Shown here one piece after another: positions 17,368 to 25,208 of a stretch of 64,000 nt of DNA; position 1 is the stretch's first letter; the number at the start of each line of letters is the position of its first letter. Source of the stretch: an uncultured Armatimonadetes bacterium (GTDB lineage: Bacteria > Armatimonadota > UBA5829 > DTJY01); assembly GCA_963717145.1 (NCBI GenBank), contig OY970325.1:3010448-3074447 (forward strand). Reading direction: 5' to 3'. Position numbers and translations under genes: made by a program. Under the pieces are notes generated by a model. That model was given only the letters and a program-made list of their open reading frames with translations. It was not told the origin of the DNA and ran no database searches.

Positions 17368-17580
17368 GTGAAGAAGCATCCTGGCGGGAGGCCGAAGAAT
17401 CCGGAGATGCAGTACGTCCACTGCCGAATGTGCCACCGACGCCTGTGCGCCGCGCCCATCGGCACGGATGTCTACTGCCCGAAGTGCAAGGCATGGACCC
17501 CGGTCGAGAAAACGGAGCTTCCGACCCAGGTCGGCGAGTTGTTTGGGCCTTTGGAGTGCGATGGCTCGACATCGCTTTGA
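17368..17580 (+). CDS. possible small zinc-ribbon protein (Com-like CxxC-N13-CPxCK)
   Basis: VHCRMCHRRLCAAPIGTDVYCPKCKAWTPV. GTG start with a weak RBS. The C-terminus runs into REP family D, so the real length is uncertain. Confidence 0.35.
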   Translation: MKKHPGGRPKNPEMQYVHCRMCHRRLCAAPIGTDVYCPKCKAWTPVEKTELPTQVGELFGPLECDGSTSL

Positions 17581-17662
17581 TCCGGGCGGCTTGACGCCCT
17601 CCGGAGGGCCGCCGTGTCAAGCCACGGCGCGGAAAAGCGATGTCGAGCCATCGCACTCCAAA
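17550..17662. repeat. REP family D hairpin
   Basis: TTTGGAGTGCGATGGCTCGACATCGCTTT ... AAAGCGATGTCGAGCCATCGCACTCCAAA, with a structured ~55-nt loop. A second copy lies at 20418-20529. Confidence 0.9.
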
Positions 17663-17684
17663 TGACAGAGCGAGAAGGACAGCC

Positions 17685-18821
17685 ATGACTCCCAAGGAAC
17701 GCATGCTGAAGACCATGAGGCACGGCACGGCCGATCGAGTGCCGGTCGCGCCCGATATGTCGAACATGATCCCCGCGCGCTTGACCGGGAAGCCGTTTTG
17801 GGACATCTACCTCTACCAGGACCCGCCGCTCTGGATGGCCTACATCGACGCGGTGAAGTACTTCGGCTTCGATGGATTCCTCGACTATCAGGTACACATC
17901 GCGTTCCCGGACGAGATCGGGCCGCCGGATCCGCGCTGGCACAACGTCATCGTCGAGCGCACGGACGAGCACATCGTGACCCGGATCTACCACGAAGAGG
18001 ACGGCACGCGCACCTGGAATCCGTTCACGACCGTCTACCAGCGCGCCAACCCGCCGAGCGGCGGAATCCACTTCAGCAAGCTCGGGCTGCCCGAAGTCCC
18101 CGAGCGCTGGGAGCCGATCGAGGGCGTCAAGGAGTGGCCCCAGGGCGAGGCGCTCTTCCAGGCGGCCTACGAGATGATGGGCGACGCGGGCGTCCTCGGC
18201 ATCACGTGCGGAACGAGCGTCGTGGTCGGGAACGAGGACGGCATCTACGAGTACACGGACAACCCGGAGGCCGTCCGCGAGCGGTCGAGACGGATCCTCG
18301 AGGCCTCGAGAAAGCGGTTCGAGAACATCCGCAACATGAAGATCCGCCCCGATTACGTGAGTTGTGGCGGCTCGGGGACGCTCATCTTCCAGACCGTCGA
18401 CATGTTCCGCGACGTCTCCCTGCCGATCGTGCAGGAGGTCACACGCCTGTGCAAGGATGCCGGCATCGTAAGCCACATTCACTCGTGTGGGCCGGAGACG
18501 GCGCTCGTGAAGATCTGCGCCGAGGAGACCGACCTCGACGTGATCGATCCGCTCGAAGTCCCGCCGATGGGCGACTGCATCCTGCCCGACCTCAAAGCGA
18601 AGTACGGCGACCGGCTCGTACTGAAGGGCAACCTGCACACGACCGAGACCATGCTCCACGGCTCATATGACGATGTCATCCGCGCATCGAGGAAGGCGAT
18701 CGAGGACGCGGCCCGCGGTGGATCGTTCATTCTCTCGACCGGCGATCAGTGTGGGCGCGACACGCCGGATCGGAACGTCCAGGCGATGATCGACGCGGTG
18801 AATGAATTTGGGAGATACTAG
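17685..18821 (+). CDS. uroporphyrinogen decarboxylase (URO-D)/MtaA-family protein, paralog 1
   Basis: MTPKERMLKTMRHGTADRVPV... with a URO-D-like TIM-barrel layout. GAAGGA precedes ATG 17685. The track start 17640 lies inside REP D. Confidence 0.8.
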   Translation: MTPKERMLKTMRHGTADRVPVAPDMSNMIPARLTGKPFWDIYLYQDPPLWMAYIDAVKYFGFDGFLDYQVHIAFPDEIGPPDPRWHNVIVERTDEHIVTRIYHEEDGTRTWNPFTTVYQRANPPSGGIHFSKLGLPEVPERWEPIEGVKEWPQGEALFQAAYEMMGDAGVLGITCGTSVVVGNEDGIYEYTDNPEAVRERSRRILEASRKRFENIRNMKIRPDYVSCGGSGTLIFQTVDMFRDVSLPIVQEVTRLCKDAGIVSHIHSCGPETALVKICAEETDLDVIDPLEVPPMGDCILPDLKAKYGDRLVLKGNLHTTETMLHGSYDDVIRASRKAIEDAARGGSFILSTGDQCGRDTPDRNVQAMIDAVNEFGRY

Positions 18822-20409
18822 CAGCCTGTCTGAGAATTCCCCGCTATGTGGGTGAGTTTCCCATCTGCGGGGTCGCGCTGGCTGCTGTTCGATAGTGTTT
18901 TTCGCCGGATTTCCGGCGAGGGTCTGTAAAGACCCCTTGTACCTTGATAATCAGCCTGATCCAGGTCATATATCTACGTATCGAAGATCGATTTCCGGTC
19001 GCCGTATCGGTATAGCTTCAGCATGTTGTGCCCAAGACACGCAAGCGTCCACTCCGACTTCGCTTTCGCAAGGCCTCGGAGTAGGAAGCCTCGGAAGTTC
19101 CGTGCGCTCTTGATCTGGCCGAACACCGGCTCTACCGTCTCCTTCCGCCTCCCGTAGATCTTTCGGCCAAGAGGAGTCAAGAGCTTTGCTCTCTGGCGAT
19201 CTGCGGCGGATTGCTTTGCCGGATCAAGGCAGGAAGGCGCCGTCGGCTCTTTGCCATGACGTTGTCTGTCAGGCGGTATATAAGCGTCGATCCCTTGCTG
19301 CTCGACCATCTCTATGTTGTCGCTGCTGAAGTATCCGGCATCGGCGGATAGTTCTTCCGGTTTCTTTCCGGTGTTCTCCTTGATTGCCTCGATCATGTCA
19401 CTAAGATGCGGTGAGTCCGCTGCCTGGTTCGTGAGATCACACGCCACTACAATCTGATGATCTGCGTCTACCGCAGCTTGTCCGTTGTATGCCTGCACGA
19501 AGGCTTTCTTTGCGTCCTTCATTATCCGGCTTTCCGGGTCTGTGAAGTTCCGCTGTGCCTTCCCTTCCGGCTCTGTCTTTACGGGCCCCGGCTCTCTGCC
19601 GCGAGGCTTCTTCCCGGATGCTTCCTGCTCCGCCTTCTCTTGGGCTCGCATCGCTTCTTCGGCTGATGCTCGCTCTTTGGCCTCGCGCTCCAGCGCTTCT
19701 TTTGCTTCCCTGATCTTGGCGAGCCGCTTCTCTCTGGTTGCGAGTTCCTCCGGGAGTTCGTCTCCTCGGCGGTCAAGACCATATTCCGCGTCTTCCTGGT
19801 CGTCCACAGAAAGACCCTTCGCAAGGAGCGCCTCGATCTCAGCCTGAAGCTCTTTTTCTTTCTCGACCATCCGAGAGTAGCTCATGGCGGAGTGCTTGCT
19901 TGCGTTGGCAAGCAGCTTTGTTCCGTCTATGGCTATGTGTTTCATCGACACAAGCCCGGCGCTTGCGCATAGCCTGAGCACTTGCACAAACAGGTCCGCA
20001 AGGGACTTGAGATGCCTCTTCCTGAACTCGCTTATCGTGCGGAAGTCGGGATGATTTCCTGCCGCAAGCACCCGGAAGGCTACATCTTCATACGTGGCCA
20101 GGGAGAGCTTTCGAGATGAATACACTCCCCGGCACAAACCGTAGAATATGATCTTTGTAAGCATTGCCGGATGGAACGGCGGCGCTCCTCGGGCCTCTTT
20201 CTCGTATGAGGCGTATATCGCGGAAAGGTCGAGACTGTCTACGACATCGCTCACAAAGTATGCGAGATGTCCCTCGGGCAGCCACTCCGACATCAAGGGC
20301 GGCAACAGCAATATCTGGTCAGGTTGATAAGGAAGGTATGGCTTGCTCATACCCGTATTTTACTACATACCTGGCACCTTGCGCCAGAGGTTATTTCATG
20401 GACAGGCTG
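18822..20409 (-). mobile_element. IS1182-family insertion sequence (1,588 bp) with 4-bp CTAG target duplication
   Basis: Terminal inverted repeats CAGCCTGTC (18822-18830) and GACAGGCTG (20401-20409). They are flanked by CTAG at 18818-18821 and 20410-20413. One transposase ORF is present and GC is lower than in the flanks. Confidence 0.85.
18974..20350 (-). CDS. IS1182-family (IS5-like) DDE transposase
   Basis: 458 aa. N-terminus MSKPYLPYQPDQILLLPPLMSEWLPEGHLAYFV...PPFHPAMLTKIIFYGLCRGVYSSRKL is typical of IS1182 transposases. A coiled-coil middle section and a DDE C-terminal half follow. Confidence 0.9.
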   Translation of the reverse strand: MSKPYLPYQPDQILLLPPLMSEWLPEGHLAYFVSDVVDSLDLSAIYASYEKEARGAPPFHPAMLTKIIFYGLCRGVYSSRKLSLATYEDVAFRVLAAGNHPDFRTISEFRKRHLKSLADLFVQVLRLCASAGLVSMKHIAIDGTKLLANASKHSAMSYSRMVEKEKELQAEIEALLAKGLSVDDQEDAEYGLDRRGDELPEELATREKRLAKIREAKEALEREAKERASAEEAMRAQEKAEQEASGKKPRGREPGPVKTEPEGKAQRNFTDPESRIMKDAKKAFVQAYNGQAAVDADHQIVVACDLTNQAADSPHLSDMIEAIKENTGKKPEELSADAGYFSSDNIEMVEQQGIDAYIPPDRQRHGKEPTAPSCLDPAKQSAADRQRAKLLTPLGRKIYGRRKETVEPVFGQIKSARNFRGFLLRGLAKAKSEWTLACLGHNMLKLYRYGDRKSIFDT

Positions 20410-20417
20410 CTAGCTGC

Positions 20418-20529
20418 TTTGGAGTGCGATGGCTCGACATCGCTTTTCTGAGCCGTGGCTCGACACGGCGCCCCCGGGACGGCGTCAAGCCGCTTGGGTC
20501 AAAGCGATGTCGAGCCATCGCACTCCAAA
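20418..20529. repeat. REP family D hairpin (second copy)
   Basis: Same 29-bp arms as 17550-17662, with a different loop. Confidence 0.9.
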
Positions 20530-20539
20530 GGGAGGACCA

Positions 20540-21682
20540 ATGGCAAGGGCAAAACCGGTGAGTCACGCATCTCTCGCGATCAACGTGAGGCCGTGCGTTC
20601 GGCGGGAGGAATACCTGGACTACATGACCTTCCAGGCAAACGACCGCCCGCTGTTCACGGAGATCTTCGGCCCCCTGATCGGCCTCAAGGAGGAGTGGGC
20701 CGAGCAGGGCGCGACTCCCGAGGAGCTTGACCTCACGGCGTACACGTTTCGCGCGCCGATGAGGGGACGCGTCCCCGTCAATACCGGATGGATCGGCGGA
20801 GAACCCGAGGAGGTCCTGGAAGAGTCCGACGACTACACGATCACCCGCGACCGGATGGGCCGTACGATGAAGCTCCCAAAGGGATACGCCACCCTCGCGC
20901 TGCCGCTCGACTATCCGGTCCAAGATATGGACGACTGGCTCAGGGTGAAGCACCACTATATGTTCTCAGAGGAACGGTTCGGCGCTGATTGGGAGCAGAC
21001 GGCGCGCGATCACCTCCAAGCAGGGAAGGCGCTCGTAGTCGGGATCCCCGGCGGGTTCGACGAGCCGCGACAACTCATGGGTGAAGAGGAACTGTGCGTC
21101 GCGTTCTACACTCAGCCGGAGTTGGTCCACGATATGCTGCAAACGATCGGCGACACGGCATTCGAGGTGCTGGAGCGCGTCTCATCGGTCGTGCAGGTGG
21201 ACGAATTGAGCATTCATGAGGACCTCGCCGGCAAGAGCGGTCCGCTGGTCGGCCCGAAGCAGATCGAGGAGTTCATGAAGCCTTACTACCGGCGCATCTG
21301 GGACATGCTCCGCGACCGAGGCGCGAGGCTCTTCAGCCAGGACTCGGACGGCGACATGAACCCCGTCATCCAGTCCTTCATGGACGCAGGGGTGAACGTG
21401 ATGTATCCATTTGAGCCCGCCGCGGGCATGGACATCGTCAAGACTAGGGAGACCTATGGAAGCAAGCTGGCGTTCTGGGGCGGTATAGACAAGCACGTCA
21501 TCCGAAGGAGCAGGGAGGAGATCGAGGCGGAGTTGGAGTATAAGATTCCGCCGATGGTTCGTACGGGCGGATGCGTGCTCGGCCTCGATCATCGCATCCC
21601 GAACGGCACGCCACTGGATAACTACCGGTTCTATGTACGCAAGGCGTGGGAGATCATCGACCGCGAGGCGAATCACCCGTAG
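20540..21682 (+). CDS. URO-D/MtaA-family protein, paralog 2
   Basis: MARAKPVSHASLAINV... GGGAGGA precedes ATG 20540; the track start 20429 is translated REP. URO-D-like C-terminal half ...GGIDKHVIRRSREEIEAELEYKI... Confidence 0.8.
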   Translation: MARAKPVSHASLAINVRPCVRREEYLDYMTFQANDRPLFTEIFGPLIGLKEEWAEQGATPEELDLTAYTFRAPMRGRVPVNTGWIGGEPEEVLEESDDYTITRDRMGRTMKLPKGYATLALPLDYPVQDMDDWLRVKHHYMFSEERFGADWEQTARDHLQAGKALVVGIPGGFDEPRQLMGEEELCVAFYTQPELVHDMLQTIGDTAFEVLERVSSVVQVDELSIHEDLAGKSGPLVGPKQIEEFMKPYYRRIWDMLRDRGARLFSQDSDGDMNPVIQSFMDAGVNVMYPFEPAAGMDIVKTRETYGSKLAFWGGIDKHVIRRSREEIEAELEYKIPPMVRTGGCVLGLDHRIPNGTPLDNYRFYVRKAWEIIDREANHP

Positions 21683-21743
21683 TGGCCGTGCCTCTGTGCC
21701 GGCCATATGACACAGCAGGCCGGCACAGAGGCACGGCCACTAC
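21679..21743. repeat. REP family C hairpin
   Basis: GTAGTGGCCGTGCCTCTGTGCCGGCC-N13-GGCCGGCACAGAGGCACGGCCACTAC. It contains the TAG stop of the preceding gene. Confidence 0.9.
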
Positions 21744-21775
21744 GGCGCACTACTTGAGTAGATCAGAGGCAAAGA

Positions 21776-22729
21776 ATGACACCTAGAGAACGATTCATCA
21801 CAGCGCTCGAGGGCGGGCAGGTCGAGGGACGCGTGCCTCATTTCGAGCTTGTGTTCTTCCTCACCATGGAAGCATTCGGGAAGGTGCATCCCTCGCAACT
21901 GAGCTTCGGCCAGTGGGACCAGATGGAGGAGAAAGAGCGCCAACTCCACCGCGAGGATATCGCCGATATGTACATCCTCACGGCCGAGCGGTTCGAGCAC
22001 GACGCGATCTTCCTCCACCCGAATCCCGGCCGATTCGACGAGATCCTCAGGCTGATCGACCTCATCCGCGAGAAGACCGGCGACAGGTACTTCCTGATGC
22101 TCCACGGCGATGCGACCTACGGCATCCCGAACGGCAGCCACATGGTCGATTTCAGCTTCCGAATGGTCGATGATCCCGACGGCATGAAGCGCGACGCCGA
22201 TGCGATGGTCGACGGCGCTCTCAGAAACGCCGAGGAATTCGCGAAACATGGCGGTCTCGATGGATTCGCCCTCTGCGCCGACTACTGCCTCAACACCGGG
22301 CCGTTCCTGAGCCCGAATCAGTTCAGCGAGTTCGTGACCCCGTACCTCACCAGGCTCACGAAGGGCTATCGCGACATGGGCTTCTACGTCATCAAGCACA
22401 CCGACGGCAACATCATGCCGATCATCGACCAACTCGTGGAGAGCAATCCCCACGCGCTGCACTCGATCGACCCGCAGGCCGGCGTCGACATCGCCGAGGT
22501 GAAGCGGCTCTATGGCGACAAGGTCTGCCTGATCGGCAACGTGAACTGCGGGATGCTCGACACCGGCACGGACGAGGAAGTGATCGAGTCGGCGCGCTAT
22601 GCCCTGAGGAGCGGAATGCCCGGCGGCGGATACATCTTCTCGACGAGCAACTGCATCTACACGGGCATGCGGCTCGCGCGATATGAGCTGATGCTCGACG
22701 TCTGGCGCAAAGAGGGAAACTACACGTAG
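21776..22729 (+). CDS. URO-D/MtaA-family protein, paralog 3
   Basis: 317 aa, MTPRERFITALEGGQVEGRVPHFE... AGAGG RBS. Confidence 0.8.
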   Translation: MTPRERFITALEGGQVEGRVPHFELVFFLTMEAFGKVHPSQLSFGQWDQMEEKERQLHREDIADMYILTAERFEHDAIFLHPNPGRFDEILRLIDLIREKTGDRYFLMLHGDATYGIPNGSHMVDFSFRMVDDPDGMKRDADAMVDGALRNAEEFAKHGGLDGFALCADYCLNTGPFLSPNQFSEFVTPYLTRLTKGYRDMGFYVIKHTDGNIMPIIDQLVESNPHALHSIDPQAGVDIAEVKRLYGDKVCLIGNVNCGMLDTGTDEEVIESARYALRSGMPGGGYIFSTSNCIYTGMRLARYELMLDVWRKEGNYT

Positions 22730-22736
22730 ACCCGAC

Positions 22737-22806
22737 TGTAGGGGCGAATCTTTGGCTTCCGGTATCCGATAAGTTTCGGCCGTCGGTAGCCAAAGGTTCG
22801 CCCCTA
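22737..22806. repeat. REP family B variant hairpin
   Basis: GTAGGGGCGAATCTTTGGCT-N30-AGCCAAAGGTTCGCCCCTAC. Confidence 0.85.
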
Positions 22807-22820
22807 CCATGGAGGCCCCG

Positions 22821-23789
22821 ATGTCCGATGACCGATTGAAGGCGCTGACGTTCGACTACCCGGAGTTCATCCCGCTGACGGTCGCCCTGCTGCCGGCCAT
22901 GTGGATGAAGTACCGCGACGACCTCCAGGCTCTGGTGGAGAGGCATCCTCTGATCTTCGGCCCGTCGAATGGACAGCCGAGGGACTACGATGCCGTCACC
23001 GAGAACTACGCGGAGGGCTCCTTCACCGATATCTGGGGCTGCACGTGGTCGAATATCCACAAAGGGCTGGCAGCGATAGTGACCGGGAATCCCCTGCCGA
23101 CCCGGGAATCCGTTCAAGCGTTCAAAGCTCCTTTCACTCCTATCGGCGAGCTTCCTCACGGGTTCATGTTCATGCGGCTTTACTACCTGCGAGGATTCGA
23201 GGAGTTGATGATCGACTTCGCGGAGGAGCCGCCAGAACTGCAGATGCTCATAGACCTCGTCTTGGAGCACAACATGCGCGAACTGGAGATCATCCTCTCG
23301 AAGCAGCAGGGCAGGCGGATCATCCACTTCGGCGATGACCTCGGGATGCAGCACGCGCTCCCGATCAGCCCGGAGAAGTGGCGGAAGTACCTGAAGCCGT
23401 GCTACATGCGCCTCTACAGCAGGTGTCGGGAGGCCGGCCACTACGTCTACATGCACTCCGACGGCCACATGACGGAGATCATCCCCGACCTGATCGAGTG
23501 CGGCGTGGACGTCATCAACCCGCAGATACGGGCCAACGGGCTGGAGAACATCGCGCGCCTCTGCAAGGGGAAGGTGTGCGTCAACCTCGATCTCGACCGC
23601 CAGATGTTCCCATTCTGCACGCCGCAGGATATCGATGACCACGTCAGAGTAGCCGTAGAGACGCTCGGGGCGCCGGAGGGCGGCCTATGGCTCTACGCCG
23701 CCCCCTGCGAAAACACCCCGTTGGAGAATATCGAAGCGATCTGCGCCTCGATGGAGAGATACAGAAGCTACTTCACCGGACGCATGTAG
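22821..23789 (+). CDS. URO-D/MtaA-family protein, paralog 4
   Basis: MSDDRLKALTFDYPEFIP... The C-terminal half resembles URO-D. GGAGG lies 6 nt upstream of ATG 22821; the alternative ATG 22809 abuts the REP. Confidence 0.75.
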   Translation: MSDDRLKALTFDYPEFIPLTVALLPAMWMKYRDDLQALVERHPLIFGPSNGQPRDYDAVTENYAEGSFTDIWGCTWSNIHKGLAAIVTGNPLPTRESVQAFKAPFTPIGELPHGFMFMRLYYLRGFEELMIDFAEEPPELQMLIDLVLEHNMRELEIILSKQQGRRIIHFGDDLGMQHALPISPEKWRKYLKPCYMRLYSRCREAGHYVYMHSDGHMTEIIPDLIECGVDVINPQIRANGLENIARLCKGKVCVNLDLDRQMFPFCTPQDIDDHVRVAVETLGAPEGGLWLYAAPCENTPLENIEAICASMERYRSYFTGRM

Positions 23790-25015
23790 TTAGCGCACAC
23801 ATAATCCGCGATCTGTCGTCCGAGCGTCTGGCCGCAGTAGTCCGCAAACCGGAAGTGGATGCCTGCATAGATACGGCTCCGTCCGTTCTCCAGGCATGCC
23901 TGTGAAAACGTCTTGAAACTGCGCGGCCCGGCGAACGGCGAGGTCGAAGGCAGGGTAAACTGCATCATGTCCGTATGACAGAACAGCGCGAGCACCTTCG
24001 CTCCCGCGCCGCCGAACGTGCTGTGGCCTGAGACGTAATCCGGGAACGCCGGGGTGTTCAATAGTGGTGTCCATCCCGGGACCGGCATGGTGAAGTAGTT
24101 CCCATCGGTATCGGCCTCCCTGATCGCAGTGATCGGCCGCCACACATCGTACTTGTACTTGCAGTCCCACGCGGCGATGCAGGAATCGGCAAGGGCTACG
24201 TTCAGGAGCGCGAACAGCCGAGCGTTCTGGGCGAGCGAGAAGTGCCTCTTTGCCGAGACGATCTGCGCTATCAGACTCCAACGCCCGGGAGGAGACACCG
24301 AGCCGACATCATCCGCCCAGAAGAAGGCGATCTGCGTCTGGTCTCTAGTGCGATAGCGACTATTCAGTTCGCCCATTAGCTGCACCTCAAACACAGCCAT
24401 CGCGTAGTCACGACTCCGCATATCGGGCGGCGGCGGGAGAACTATCTGATCCGCGCTCGTCAGGGCAAATGGAGTGACAGAGGGCCAGTTGACCCCGACG
24501 GCGGGTGCGAATCCCGGTGGAGTCGGCCGCCAGACGCCGGGAGCAGGCAGGGCCGTGTAGGGAACAACATCGCCGGAGTGGTCGGTACTGCGCCAGGCGA
24601 TGATCGATTCCGCCACGTAGACGCCGACCGCGATTCCATTATCCTTCGCCGGACCATCGGGCACCCCTGACAGGGACGATGCCAGCGCCTGATCGTATAT
24701 GTACTGCCTGGTCGGGAACAGAGAAACCAGCACGCGATGAGCCGCTGTCGCCGCCGCCGCTTCAGGTGAAGCCGGGTCCTCGGCGGGCGCATCTACATGG
24801 TACGGCTCATATGTCCGCTCGATGGAATTGACGGCATCATAGATGGCCGCATGGACCATCGCTAACGCCCGTGAGCCGAGCGTCGGCCTCAGGTCGGTCG
24901 CCTGTATCGTGTCGAGAGTGACGTTGTTCCAGTCGATGACAAGGTCCGCAGATGCGGGTGTCAACAGCGCGAAAACGCAGGCTAGACAAGCCAGTAGAAA
25001 GATTCGCTGTTTCAT
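23768..25015 (-). CDS. secreted PAP2-superfamily protein, vanadium haloperoxidase/acid phosphatase-like
   Basis: Signal peptide MKQRIFLLACLACVFALLTPASA. C-terminal PAP2 motifs PDYVSGHSTFGGAG and SRIYAGIHFRFADYCG. The 3' end overlaps the convergent gene by 22 nt. Confidence 0.8.
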   Translation of the reverse strand: MKQRIFLLACLACVFALLTPASADLVIDWNNVTLDTIQATDLRPTLGSRALAMVHAAIYDAVNSIERTYEPYHVDAPAEDPASPEAAAATAAHRVLVSLFPTRQYIYDQALASSLSGVPDGPAKDNGIAVGVYVAESIIAWRSTDHSGDVVPYTALPAPGVWRPTPPGFAPAVGVNWPSVTPFALTSADQIVLPPPPDMRSRDYAMAVFEVQLMGELNSRYRTRDQTQIAFFWADDVGSVSPPGRWSLIAQIVSAKRHFSLAQNARLFALLNVALADSCIAAWDCKYKYDVWRPITAIREADTDGNYFTMPVPGWTPLLNTPAFPDYVSGHSTFGGAGAKVLALFCHTDMMQFTLPSTSPFAGPRSFKTFSQACLENGRSRIYAGIHFRFADYCGQTLGRQIADYVCANYMRPVK

Positions 25016-25208
25016 CTCCTATCCTCACCTCATGCTTTGAGTATGGGCGCTCGCGAATGACAACTGCGGCGTCATGTCTACCGTACCCGTGAATTTACAG
25101 AGGCAAACGGTGGGATTGCGCGAATCGTGGAGACGCGATGGATCGGCCGACTGATCCATCGATCAGTCGGCGAGGAATGGAGGAGTACTGCTCCGGCTCG
25201 GGCTGAGG

